Below, one piece after another: positions 1 through 10,044 of a stretch of 64,000 bases of DNA. The stretch's first letter is position 1, and each line of letters starts with the position of its first letter. The notes under the pieces were generated by a model. The model saw nothing but the letters and a program-made list of their open reading frames with translations. It had not been told where the DNA came from and did not search any database. This stretch comes from an uncultured Actinomycetes bacterium (GTDB lineage Bacteria > Actinomycetota > Thermoleophilia > RBG-16-64-13), in assembly GCA_963714175.1 (NCBI GenBank), contig CAVQNN010000011.1, positions 111,686 to 175,685 of the forward strand, in the 5' to 3' direction. The position numbers and the translations under genes are program-made.

Positions 1-1118
1 TGCATCGTTGTCAAAGCTCTGTGCTTCTTCGATTCCTTGCACGATGGTCCACACGGTTCCCAGGGTTAGGGCATAGTCCCATTGCATCGTCATGCCCTTG
101 GCGTCTGATAGGGCTTTGAGGTCCTTCACCATTTGTGGCATGAGATCACTCGTCACGTCCGCTATCTGCATGGGGAAATCGGTGTCGTATTTTGGATCTA
201 TCAGCTTGGCAATCTGGACAGGGTCACCCCAGTTGGCCGACGTCAGCAGGGGGCCTGCGAAGTCCATCTGACGCATCGATTCCAGAAGGCCCTTGGCATA
301 CGGTGGCGCACCAGCGACGCCCGCGATGGCATCGGGGTTCGTAGCGAGTGCCTTCGTCATCAGCGGATAGAAGTCCTGAACATCGGCTGGGAACTGCTCG
401 TCCAGAGTTATTTCCATCCCCCGGTCGATGAAGTCCTGTTTTGCCCTGCCCACCATGTCCTGGATGCCAGGGTCGTCAAGGGCGACAACGGCGATCTTCT
501 TGATGTTGGGGTAGATCTCGAAAGTCTTGTCGTGAGTGGCCTGCATCCCAACGGCGGGACAGAGACCGGCAAAGCAGTACTTGTTGGGAGGAGCATACTC
601 GGTTAGGTTTGGAGCGGAGGGAACAACACGCAGGATCTTGTTCTCCTCGCAGACTGCGGCGATCGCTGCGTTGTTGGGTATGAATTGCGGGGCAACTATC
701 TGCTTGACCCCTTCTCCAATCAACTTCTTGGCGGCGGCTATCGCGCCGTCTGTCGTCGACATGTCGTCCTCTGCGACCAGCTTGATGTTGTACTGCTGGC
801 CATCTACCGTGAAGCCGCCATTGGAGTTCAGTAGTTCTTCCACAATCGGCAGAGATTCCGTGAAAGCGTTGAACGCGGCTGCCATTACGCCCGACTGCGA
901 AAGGACGAGGCCGATGGTGTAGGTCTTGGCCGGCCCGGCGGCTACGGAAGTCGTCGTTTCCTGACCGGCGACGGAAGTCGTCGTCTCCTGACCGGCGGTA
1001 GAAGTCGTCGTGGCCTGTGCCGCAGTGGTCGTGGTCGCTTCGTCCCCGCCACATGCGGCCAGAAGTGGAAGGAGACACACCACCAAAACTAGAAACAGAA
1101 CCCCAGATGCGAATCTAG
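1..1118 (-). CDS. ABC transporter substrate-binding lipoprotein (periplasmic binding protein type 1, branched-chain amino acid-like). The N-terminal part is present and the C-terminus runs past the window start
   Basis: The reverse frame is open from the ATG at 1116-1118 to the window edge. GGAGGG lies 4 nt upstream. The N-terminus MKATRFASGVLFLVLVVCLLPLLAACGG is a signal peptide plus lipobox, followed by a Thr-rich linker and then YTIGLVLSQSG... PBP-like motifs. It is absent from the ORF track because there is no stop in the window. Confidence 0.8.
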
Positions 1119-1316
1119 TTGCTTTCATTGCGCCCTCCTCATGAGGTCACGTCCTGTGACTGCGCTGCCTTCCCTCAACCTGACCCTTATGCCATCAAGC
1201 TACCTCCCCGGCCGCGATGTCCCCGAGCATACGCGTGAAGATCTCGACCGACGTCGCGCTGCCCATCACCTGCTCGAGCCCGACCAAGCGGGCCACGTCC
1301 GCCCCCCACGCCCACA

Positions 1317-1871
1317 TCATGAGACTTCATGCTGCAAGATTGATATCAGCATCCTCACGGACGCTTCGTCGCGTTTCTCCTGCTCGACGAGGATCGCGAA
1401 GTCCCGAACAAACACGAACTGCCTCTTGGCCAACTCCTGGGTCAACTTGCCTGCGCCGCTGGCCGCGGTGAACTGGAACCAGGAACGAGTGAAGGATTCG
1501 AACACGGACGCTCCCAAAGGCCCAAACTGGCTGCCCATACCCATGAGATGCTCGAAGACCGTGTCGCCCGGTGAGCGGGGGACGACCAACCCCGGAACCC
1601 GCTCGACCAGAAGGTCCAAAGCTGCCTCGAACATCGCGCCCCCGTTGGCGTAGGACTTGTAGAGGGCAGCTCACGACAGCCCCGCCCCCGCGGCTAGGTG
1701 AGAGATGGTTGCGCCGTGGACCCCGTACCGGGCAACCAGTCTCGGTGTCACTTCGGCGATCTGCTCTTGCCTTTCGGCCTTTGTCACCCGCTTACGCCTG
1801 TGTACCGGAACTCCGTGGGCGCTTGCCGTGGAAGAACTCGGGGCTACTGTTGCACCGCCTTCAGGTTTCAC
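1317..1871 (-). pseudogene. TetR/AcrR-family transcriptional regulator interrupted by an in-frame TGA
   Basis: The N-terminal HTH ORF 1671..1871 (…TISHLAAGAGLS*) and the C-terminal ORF 1317..1634 (AALYKSYANGGAMFEAALDLL…) are in the same frame. They are separated only by TGA at 1671-1673, which falls inside the canonical TetR G-x-LY-x-x-F motif. Confidence 0.6.
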
Positions 1872-2377
1872 ACTCTCCCTCCCACAGCAGCACCAATCTC
1901 CGGGGCTCGATCGCCGTCATCGGTAACGCTAGTTCGCAAACGTATCAGAGGCATCAAGATCCTGTCAACAACGGTGAACGAGTGTCCACCGACCTCGCAC
2001 TGCTATCTCCCGTGTGAGCCGAACATCCATGCGATACACGTTCCATAATCCGCAGATGCCGCGGAGGCTCGTGCCGTCGTCCTCAGGTTGATTTCCTCTG
2101 AAGCAGTGGTTGGGACCGGTCCTTGCCTGCCTGTTTGCTGCAGCCGGGGACCAACGAGTAACTCTGGAAGATGGCTCGAGCGAAGAAGCTACGACGGCCA
2201 TGACGACGATCTGGCGCTCGGCAATTGCGGCATATGACTCCCGTCACTGTGTCCGGGTCGGCACGGTCCGCCGTGTGGACATTCGTTCACCCACTTTGAC
2301 AGAACGTGGGCACTGTTCGCTTGGGTAAACGAGCGTTAGCTCCGACACGGTGGTTAGTCCAGCTATCGTTGGAGGGC

Positions 2378-2483
2378 GAAGCTGGGAAACGTCAAACGCC
2401 TCGAGAGCTTGATGGAGCCGGGCAGCATCGGAAGCCTACGCATCAAGAACCGGATCATCAAGACCGGCCGGTACGGGCTATGA
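2378..2483 (+). pseudogene. possible N-terminal remnant of an Old-Yellow-Enzyme/NADH:flavin oxidoreductase gene
   Basis: A short frame AKLGNVKRLESLMEPGSIGSLRIKNRIIKTGRYGL* resembles the OYE N-terminal motif (LFEP-x-IG-x-L-x-LKNRIVM-x-P). It stops after about 35 aa, about 110 bp from the tRNA 3' end. Confidence 0.25.
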
Positions 2484-2591
2484 GAAGGGGACCCCGGCAA
2501 AGAGCTCACCGTGCCGGAGATCCACGATCATCGATATCTTCGAGGCCAAGGCGGTCGACCCGAACTGACCCATATGCAGGTAAAACTTGAA

Positions 2592-2663
2592 TGCCCCCGG
2601 GGCGAATCGAACACCCGCACAAGGTTTAGGAAACCTCTGCTCTATCCCCTGAGCTACGGGGGC
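2592..2663 (-). tRNA. tRNA-Arg (anticodon CCT)
   Basis: The reverse complement GCCCCCGTAGCTCAGGGGATAGAGCAGAGGTTTCCTAAACCTTGTGCGGGTGTTCGATTCGCCCCGGGGGCA folds as a cloverleaf. It has a 7-bp acceptor stem, D-arm GCTC/GAGC, anticodon stem GAGGT/ACCTT with loop TTCCTAA, T-arm GGGTG-TTCGATT-CGCCC and discriminator A. CCA is not encoded. Confidence 0.9.
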
Positions 2664-2874
2664 ACGTGATCGCCGGGTCGGCACCCGGCTCGGACCGACG
2701 CGATGGACGCAGTCTCTGCATCAACGCCCCGCTCGGCCGGCAGATTCTAGCACCCCGGCCGCGCGTGGTCGCATTGAGAATGTGGTAGATATCGCACTAG
2801 GCGCTCGCGCTCGCCGGCCGTGCTCCTTGTATACTGCTCCCCGTCCGATGATTCAGAATTGGAAGTGAGGTTCC

Positions 2875-3474
2875 ATGGAGTTCAGAGACATCGTCAAGAA
2901 CCGGTGCTCGATCCGGAAGTACGAGGCGAGGCCCGTTCCAGAGGAGACCATCAACGAGCTGCTGGAGATGATCAGCCTGTCCGTCTCGGCGATCAACCTC
3001 CAGCCCTGGAAGATCAAGGTCGTCTCGGATCAGGAGACCAAGGAGAAGGCCTTCTCCGCCGCGTTCGGTCAGGAGCAGGTCCGTACCTGCTCTCATCTGC
3101 TGGTCCTGTGCGCCGACGTAGACTACCCAGCCCTCATCGCCAAGCTCGACCGGGCCCAGGCCGCCGCGGGTGTTCCCGACGACATGCGCGAACGCCTGAA
3201 GGCGATGGCCACCGGACTCTCGGAGGGCATGACTCCCGAGCAGAGGCTGGCGTGGTCGCGGGAGCAGGTCCATATCGCTCTGGGAAACGCCGTCAATGGA
3301 GCCTACTCCTTGGGACTGGGCGCCTGCCCGATGACCGCTTTCGATCCGTCCCAACTCGCCCAGGTCCTGGGATTGCCTGAGACTCTGGTTCCGACGGTCA
3401 TTGTGCCGGTGGGATACGCCGCTGAGACCGGAGCGCCGAAGTTGCGCTATCCCGTGAGCGACATAGTCGTCTAG
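2875..3474 (+). CDS. nitroreductase-family protein (NAD(P)H-dependent oxidoreductase)
   Basis: Intact 199-aa ORF. Motifs RCSIRKY…LQPW, GNA…, LGLGACPM are typical of the nitroreductase fold. An RBS-like GGAAGTGAGG lies upstream of the ATG. Confidence 0.9.
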   Translation: MEFRDIVKNRCSIRKYEARPVPEETINELLEMISLSVSAINLQPWKIKVVSDQETKEKAFSAAFGQEQVRTCSHLLVLCADVDYPALIAKLDRAQAAAGVPDDMRERLKAMATGLSEGMTPEQRLAWSREQVHIALGNAVNGAYSLGLGACPMTAFDPSQLAQVLGLPETLVPTVIVPVGYAAETGAPKLRYPVSDIVV

Positions 3475-3585
3475 CACCGAGGCTTCTGGAGGCCACGCGC
3501 GGTCGCGACCGCTGCCGGCGCGGCGCGTAGACGCCCGGAAACACCATTTCGGAGCCCCGGCATCGCGTGCTAGACTCACTGGACC

Positions 3586-4911
3586 ATGGACGTCATCTTC
3601 AACAGCATTTATGCACGGGCTTGCATGGGCGCCGGCTTGGCCGTGCTTACCGGCGTCCGTGCGTTCCTCCCGATCGCCTTCATCGCTCTCTACTCGCGAC
3701 TGGAGTTCGCCAGCGCTCCGATCGTCAACGGCACGCCCTTCGAGTTCCTTGAGAAGACTTGGGTTATCGCGCTCTTGTTCGTCCTCGCCGCAATCGAGCT
3801 CGTGATCGAGAAGGTCTTGATGTTCAACACCACTCTCGACCAGATCATGCGGCCGATCAGGATCGCCCTCGGCGGTTTGGTGTTCGCTATCGCCATGGCC
3901 CCCGACGGCTGGATCGCCACCGGCGTCTCCGCTGCTCTCGGCATGCTCATCGCCGGTCTGGCCGACCACGCGCGGCGCTCGGCACGCCCCAGTAGGAACA
4001 CCGAGACCTCGTCGATCATCCTCATCAGCGTCTACGTGGATCTGGCGGTCTTGATCGGGACACTGCTCTTCGTGCTCGTACCGCTGATCGGAGCGCTCGT
4101 CGCGGCTATGCTCGTACTGATCGCTGTATCGCGTCCGGGTCACGGGCAAGCGCAAACACAAGGGCCTGCGGATTCTGAAGGGGTAGGTCCGGAAGGACTC
4201 GGGTTCAGAGCGATGGGCGCAGATCTGAACGACACCGACTTCGCCCGCCTCAGGCACCGCATGGTGGACGACCAACTGCGCAGGCGCCAGGTCACCGACG
4301 AACGGGTGCTGGCCGCGATGGAGAGAGTTCCCCGCCACCTGTTCGTGCCCTCCGCTCAACGCAGCTTCGCCTACGACGACGGTCCGCTCCCCATAGGCGT
4401 GGGACAGACCATTTCCCAACCCTACATAGTGGCCTGCATGACCGAGGTGCTCCGAGTCGCCCCGACCGACCGCGTTCTGGAGATCGGCACAGGCTCCGGC
4501 TATCAGACCGCCGTGCTGGCCGAACTCGCAGCGGAGGTTTGGAGCATAGAGCGTCATCCCGAGCTGGCTACCCGAGCGCAGGAGTTGCTGACCCGGCTTG
4601 GATACGAGAACGTGCACGTGATCACGGGTGATGGCTCTCTTGGCTTCCCCGAGGCCGCTCCCTTCGACAGGATAGTGGTCACAGCCGCGGCACCTTCCGT
4701 GCCCAAGTCCCTAGTGGAGCAGCTGGTTCCCTATGGCCGGATGGTAATACCAGTGACTTCCGGCCACAGCGAGGATCTCAGACTCGTCGAGAGACTGCCC
4801 GCGCAGGAGACAACGGAACCCGCGGAGACTGCCGCGCCCCCCTTTCGCGAAACGTCCATACTCGGCTGCACTTTCGTCCGGCTCATAGGCGAGCAGGGCT
4901 ACGCGCCATGA
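3586..4911 (+). CDS. pcm: fusion protein: N-terminal multi-pass membrane domain (DUF4126-like) plus C-terminal protein-L-isoaspartate O-methyltransferase
   Basis: Intact 441-aa ORF. Residues 1-190 are hydrophobic helices. The C-terminal half carries PIMT motifs (RHLFVP, GVGQTISQPYIVA, VLEIGTGSGYQTAVLAEL, DRIVVTAA). Confidence 0.85.
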   Translation: MDVIFNSIYARACMGAGLAVLTGVRAFLPIAFIALYSRLEFASAPIVNGTPFEFLEKTWVIALLFVLAAIELVIEKVLMFNTTLDQIMRPIRIALGGLVFAIAMAPDGWIATGVSAALGMLIAGLADHARRSARPSRNTETSSIILISVYVDLAVLIGTLLFVLVPLIGALVAAMLVLIAVSRPGHGQAQTQGPADSEGVGPEGLGFRAMGADLNDTDFARLRHRMVDDQLRRRQVTDERVLAAMERVPRHLFVPSAQRSFAYDDGPLPIGVGQTISQPYIVACMTEVLRVAPTDRVLEIGTGSGYQTAVLAELAAEVWSIERHPELATRAQELLTRLGYENVHVITGDGSLGFPEAAPFDRIVVTAAAPSVPKSLVEQLVPYGRMVIPVTSGHSEDLRLVERLPAQETTEPAETAAPPFRETSILGCTFVRLIGEQGYAP

Positions 4912-5189
4912 ACGCAGGCGCGCCGGTCCGGGTCCACGTTTTCGTCGAAGGCGGGGTGCAGGGGGTTGCGTTCCGCTACAGCACCTGCCAGGAGGCCGCG
5001 CGTCTCGGCGTGTCCGGATGGGTGCGCAACCTCCCCGACGGCCGGGTGGAGGCTGTGTACGAGGGCTCGCGGCCGCTGATCGAGGAGATGCTGGCCTGGA
5101 CCCGCAGAGGCCCGCGGTGGGCAGACGTCCGTGCGGTCGCGGTTCACGACGAGGAACCTAAGGGCGAATGGGGCTTCAGCGTCCGCTGA
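4908..5189 (+). CDS. acyP: acylphosphatase
   Basis: 93-aa ORF with VQGVAFRYST…GWVRNLPDGRVEAVYEG motifs. The start ATG overlaps the pcm stop (ATGA). Confidence 0.85.
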   Translation: MNAGAPVRVHVFVEGGVQGVAFRYSTCQEAARLGVSGWVRNLPDGRVEAVYEGSRPLIEEMLAWTRRGPRWADVRAVAVHDEEPKGEWGFSVR

Positions 5190-5207
5190 CACAGAGGCCC
5201 GACAGCC

Positions 5208-6441
5208 CTACAGATCCGCCGGCCGCTCCTCCAGAGTCACCGTGATCTCCGTGATCGTGCCGCTTCGGTCGAGAGTCACCTGCACGCTGTCGCCGGGCCT
5301 CTTGTCCCTCATGGCGCCCTGCAGATCGCTGCCCTCGGCCATCTCCTCACCGTCGACCTCGACGATGATGTCACCCTGCTGGATGCCCGCCTTGGCCGCC
5401 GGTCCTCCAGTAGTCACCTGTGCCACCAGAAGACCGGACGAGCGAGACAGACTGAACTGCTGCTGCAGATCGGCCGTCACGGCCCGGGTGCCTACGCCCA
5501 TGTACGCGTGGGTAGCCTTGCCGGTGCCGATGATCTCGTCGGCCACCTTGGTCACCACCGACGACGGTATGGCGAATCCGATGTTCTCAGCCTGATCGCT
5601 GCTCACCATGGCGTTGCTTATGCCGATCACCTGCCCGCTCCCATTGGCCAGCGCGCCTCCCGAGTTGCCCCCGCTGATGGGAGTGTCGGTCTGGATGAGA
5701 CCCGTGTAGGTCAGCACCTCGCCGGTCGCCGACTGGATCTCGATGCTGCGGTTCAGCGCAGAGACGATGCCCAAAGTCACCGAGTTCTCGAACCCCAAGG
5801 GACTGCCGATGGCGATGGAATACTCGCCCACGCTAGGATCCTCGATCGCGAAAGTAGCCGCCGGCAACTCCATGCCTGCGTCCACCTTGATGACAGCCAG
5901 GTCGGTGAGTGGGTCGGTCCCCACGACCGTCGCCGGTAGCTTCGTGCCGGTTGCCAGGGTGACCGTCAGATCGTCGTAGGGCTCGCCGAAGTCGTCCGAG
6001 ACCACGTGGTTGTTGGTGATGATCATCCCGTCGGCAGTGTAGATGACCCCGGAACCCCCGCCTTCGCCCGAGAACGCCTGCCCGAACGGTCCCTGACTGC
6101 TGACCGTCATGGTGATGTTGACGACGCTCGGCCCCAGGATCTCGCTCACCGCTTGAGCGGGGCTGGCAAGACCGTCGCCATCCGTCACGATGCCGCCGGA
6201 GGACACGGTCGTGTTCGTGGTCGCCGTGGACGCCGTGGACTCGGTGGGCTGGGTCACAGTGGTTGCCGACTGGGCGGTGGAGTCGGTGCTCTCCCCGAAC
6301 TCGAAGGTGCAGGCCGTGAGGCCGAAGCCGAGCCCCGACCACCAGACAAAGGGCCAGTAGCATCCCGGCCGCCCTCCGCCACTTCCGCCGTGATGCCGGC
6401 CTGACGCTGGTCTTCGCGTCCTCCGTGTTGGTGAGTGTCAT
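5208..6441 (-). CDS. htrA: HtrA/DegP-family trypsin-like serine protease with C-terminal PDZ domain (apparent N-terminal frameshift)
   Basis: ORF 5208..6257 carries the protease motifs (GNSGGAL, HAYMGV) and a PDZ domain. The upstream ORF 5833..6441 (MTLTNTEDAKTSVRPASRRKWRRAAGMLLALCLVVGA…) supplies a signal/lipoprotein-like N-terminus. It sits in another frame, and the frame switch is near 6330-6350. Confidence 0.8.
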
Positions 6442-6738
6442 CCTTGGTTCCTCCCCGCGAATGCTCGTGATATCCGCATTCTACCCGGAGTCCGACCCAT
6501 CGGAACCCCGGTATGTGCACGTGAGCGTGAGGATAGAGGGTGCTCAATAAGAAGGCCGTAAAGTCGGCCCCCCAAGCGTGACACCTCTGCCCCCTTTTTG
6601 CCCCTCTTACGGGCACTTTACGTCCCCGGGCCTACACTCCCCGCGTAGACTACCGGCGAAGCTGCTTCGGTGCGACGGGACAATGCGACAGGGTATCATC
6701 ACTTCAGCGTGGGCCAAGGGCCGGAAATGGGAGAGACA

Positions 6739-7392
6739 ATGCGGATCCTCCTGGTCGAAGACGAAGAGCGGTTGGCCAATACCGTCGCTCGCGGTCTGCG
6801 CCGCGAGGGCATGGCTGTGGACGTAGTGCTCGATGGGCGCGCGGCCCTGAACCACGCGGCCATCAACAACTACGACGTGGTGGTCCTCGACCGCAATCTC
6901 CCCTTGGTCCATGGCGACGATGTCTGCCGCGAGCTGGTCGCCCGTCAGAGCCTGGCCCGCATCCTCATGCTGACTGCGGCAGGCTCCATCCAGGATAGGG
7001 TCACCGGGCTCGACCTGGGAGCCGACGACTACCTGCCCAAGCCATTCGCCCTCAAGGAGTTGGTCGCTCGCATCAGAGCGCTGGGCCGCCGGGCCGCGAC
7101 GCCGGTGCCGCCGATCCTCGCCTCCGGCGATCTCACGCTCGACCCTGCCCGTCACGCCGCCGAGCGTGCCGGTCGAGACCTCTCCCTCACCAAGAAGGAA
7201 TTCGGCTTGCTCGAGGTGCTCTTGTCCGCCGAAGGCCGCGTCGTCAGTGCCGAGGAGTTGCTCGAGAAGGTATGGGACGAGAACGCCGACCCCTTCACCA
7301 ACGTGGTGCGGGTGACCATCATGACGCTGCGACGCAAGATCGGCGATCCCCCACTCATAGAGACGATCCCCGGCGTGGGCTACAAGATATGA
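6739..7392 (+). CDS. OmpR-family two-component response regulator
   Basis: MRILLVEDEERL…DVVLDG…DVVVLDRNLP receiver domain plus a winged-helix C-terminus (…TLRRKIGDPPLIETIPGVGYKI). The start is the internal ATG at 6739 with a GGGAGAG RBS. Confidence 0.9.
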   Translation: MRILLVEDEERLANTVARGLRREGMAVDVVLDGRAALNHAAINNYDVVVLDRNLPLVHGDDVCRELVARQSLARILMLTAAGSIQDRVTGLDLGADDYLPKPFALKELVARIRALGRRAATPVPPILASGDLTLDPARHAAERAGRDLSLTKKEFGLLEVLLSAEGRVVSAEELLEKVWDENADPFTNVVRVTIMTLRRKIGDPPLIETIPGVGYKI

Positions 7393-8707
7393 CCCGAGCG
7401 GACCAGACGCAGGCGCGGCCTCACCATCCGCCTCAAGCTGACTCTCTGGTACGGCGGCCTGTTCATTCTGGCGGGCGTGCTTCTCATCGCCATCAACTTC
7501 TTCATGGTCCGCGACAGTCTTTCCGTAGCGCCCTCGAAGGCCCGTGCCGAGGTGGCCGAGCAATTCGGCATCGATCCGGAGTTGCTGGAGATGGAGCACG
7601 ATTTCGGGGGGCCCGGCTTCCCCGGAGGACCCGGGGGTTACGAGCAGTACATCTACAGCGAGGAGGAAGACCAGTACATCCCCACCTCCCGCCTCATCGC
7701 CGAGGCCCAGCGGGAACTCAAAGAAGAGGCACTCCGCCAGCTCTGGACCAGGTCGTTGCTGGCTCTGTGCATCATGACGGTGATCACCTTTGGCTTGGCC
7801 TGGCTGTTGGCCGGCCGCATGTTGCGACCGCTGCATGCAATAACCGGGACTGCGCGCAGACTGTCGGGATCGACCCTCCACGAGCGCATCGCCCTGAAGG
7901 GCCCACGTGATGAGCTGAAAGAACTGGCCGACACTTTCGACGACATGCTCAGCCGTCTGGACTCGGCCTTCACCGCGCAGAAGGAATTCGTGGCCAACGC
8001 CTCGCACGAGCTTCGGACCCCTCTCACCATCATCCGCACCGAGATCGACGTGGCTCTCAGCGACCCTGACCCCGCCCCCGAGGACCTACAGGAGATGGGG
8101 GCGGCCATTACTGATGCGGTGGACAGAAGCGAGAGACTCATCGACGGCCTGCTGGTGTTGGCCAGCGCGGAGAACTCCCCCACCATGGTCGACGTCGATC
8201 TGGCGGAGATAGCGGAAGGCGAGGTCGGTCGCTCCTCGGCCCAGGCCGAGTCACTGAATCTGCGTCTGGAACTCGACTTGCAGTCCGCGCTGGTGAAAGG
8301 CGAGAAGTCCCTCCTTGAGCGCCTGGTCGGGAATCTGGTGGACAACGCCGTGCGTCACAACTGCCCAGATGGCTGGTTCTCGGTCAAGACCTGGTCTGCC
8401 GCCGACAAGGCCGTCCTGGAGGTGGCCAACGGAGGCCCGGTGGTCCCGCCGAGAGGATCTCGACCGGCTGTTCGACCGCTTCTACCGGCCGGACAAGTCG
8501 CGCAGCCGAAAGACCGGCGGCTTCGGCCTGGGACTGTCCATAGTCAAGTCGGTCGCGGCCGCGCACGGAGGCTCGGTCGATCTCCAGGCTCCCGAGGGCG
8601 GCGGCCTGTGCGTTACCGTCACCCTCCCGGCCGCGCCTAGAAGCCAAGCTCAGGGGCCGGCTGCACCTGCGGCTCCTCCACAGGCTCCGACCCCGGCTGC
8701 TCCGTAG
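7391..8707 (+). CDS. sensor histidine kinase (HAMP + HisKA + HATPase_c) with apparent frameshifts
   Basis: ATG at 7391 overlaps the RR stop (ATGA). It has an N-terminal TM region (GLTIRLKLTLWYGGLFILAG), a HAMP domain, the H-box ASHELRTPL and an N-box LVDNAVRHN. The G-boxes (GGFGLGLSIVK) lie in the shifted frame 8315..8707. Frame switches are near 7400 and 8445. Confidence 0.75.
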
Positions 8708-10034
8708 GCTCCGGTTCCGCAGCGGGCAAATCGAGATAGCGGCTCATGGCCACGGCTACCTGCGCCCTCTGCGCCCCCGCCCAGGGACTGAACGTCGCCG
8801 CCGAATAGCCCGACATCAACCCCAACTCCGCGACCAGCGCCACATCGGCCACCGCGTAGTCGGGAACATCGGCAAAGGTGATCACTGCGGGTGTCTCCCC
8901 GTCGCGAACATAGCCCTTCAACTGTCGAACCATGCGCGCCAGGATCTGCGCGAGTTGGACCCGGCTGATGGCCTCGTTGGGCCTGAACGCCATGGTCCCT
9001 CCAGCGTCCCCGCTCCCCATCACCAGACCGGCGGCGGCCGCTTCTTCGATGTAGTCGAACGGGTAGGGGAGAGGATTGCCGGCTGAGTCGTGCAGCAGGG
9101 CGACATCGGAGAACGTAGGCGCACCGGCCTTCTCTACGACGTTGGTGTGCAGCCCACCCACCGAGGTAGCCACCTTGGCCACCTGGGCTCGGGTGATGGT
9201 GTCGCCGGGGCCGAAGTAGTTGCCGTCGTACCCGCTCATGAAGCCTTCTTGCGCCATCCGGGCGACAGCCCGGCCGGCATCGGAGCCGGCATCCACGTCG
9301 AGGAAGAGACGATCCCCCTTCAACATGGTCGAGACGGTCACGAACTCGTACCCCTTGGCCCGAAGCGCGGACACGATGCTGGGGATGGCTGCAGCGGTGT
9401 TCGGGGCGGAGAGATGCATGACCACGATGGCGCCGTTGTGGGCGTGGCTGATGACGTGGTTCGCTATCGCCGACGCCGAGCCGCCTGCCCAGTCCCGAGG
9501 GTCGATGTCCCACAACACCAGGTACCGGAACCCCTCGCTCCCGGCGACGGCGGCCACCTGCGAGTTGGTGGAACCGTAGGGCGGCCGGAAGAGGGGCACG
9601 GTCCGGGCCCCGGTTGCCGACCGGAAGGCGTCGGTCCCCGCGCCTATCTGATAGGCCATGACCGAGGTGGACAGCCCTGTCAAAACAGGGTGCGACCAGG
9701 AGTGGTCGCCGACCTCGAAGAGCCCCAGCTTCATGCCTTTGACGATCTCGGTGTTGATCGCAGAGGTGCCCGCCACCGAGGAACCGATGAGGAACATGGT
9801 GGCTGGGACTTCGTTCTTCTGGAGGGCTCGCAACACAGCCACGCCGCGGCTGACACTGGTGTTGTCGTCGAAGGTCAGGGCGATCTGCTTGCGCTCGCCC
9901 GACCCCCCGTGGACCACAGAGGCGGAGGCAGCTTCGGCCACCCCCGTCCACATGAGAGAGACCGCCAAGATGGCTGCGACCATCGCGGTCCAGAACCAGG
10001 CCGGCCGCATCAGCTTCCTCGTCTTCTCGCCCAA
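8637..10034 (-). CDS. secreted polysaccharide deacetylase (CE4/NodB) with three C-terminal SLH domains
   Basis: Intact 465-aa ORF with a signal peptide, NodB motifs (LTFDD, HSWSHP) and three SLH-like segments (FSDV…, …RVQLAQILARM, …RAQVAVAMSRYL). Confidence 0.85.
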   Translation of the reverse strand: MGEKTRKLMRPAWFWTAMVAAILAVSLMWTGVAEAASASVVHGGSGERKQIALTFDDNTSVSRGVAVLRALQKNEVPATMFLIGSSVAGTSAINTEIVKGMKLGLFEVGDHSWSHPVLTGLSTSVMAYQIGAGTDAFRSATGARTVPLFRPPYGSTNSQVAAVAGSEGFRYLVLWDIDPRDWAGGSASAIANHVISHAHNGAIVVMHLSAPNTAAAIPSIVSALRAKGYEFVTVSTMLKGDRLFLDVDAGSDAGRAVARMAQEGFMSGYDGNYFGPGDTITRAQVAKVATSVGGLHTNVVEKAGAPTFSDVALLHDSAGNPLPYPFDYIEEAAAAGLVMGSGDAGGTMAFRPNEAISRVQLAQILARMVRQLKGYVRDGETPAVITFADVPDYAVADVALVAELGLMSGYSAATFSPWAGAQRAQVAVAMSRYLDLPAAEPEPTEQPGSEPVEEPQVQPAPELGF

Positions 10035-10044
10035 GGCTTCCTCC

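Noticed and set aside
1119-2590. Integrated mobile element at tRNA-Arg
   Set aside because: No integrase, transposase or recognisable att direct repeat is present. Only gene debris was found, so it is reported as a possible scar, not as a mobile element.
2797-4617. 606-aa minus-strand ORF
   Set aside because: It is antisense to the well-supported nitroreductase and pcm genes. The translation is Arg/Gly/Ala-rich, as expected for a spurious frame in 68% GC DNA.
6607-8007. 466-aa minus-strand ORF
   Set aside because: It is antisense to the response-regulator and histidine-kinase genes and has no recognisable motifs.
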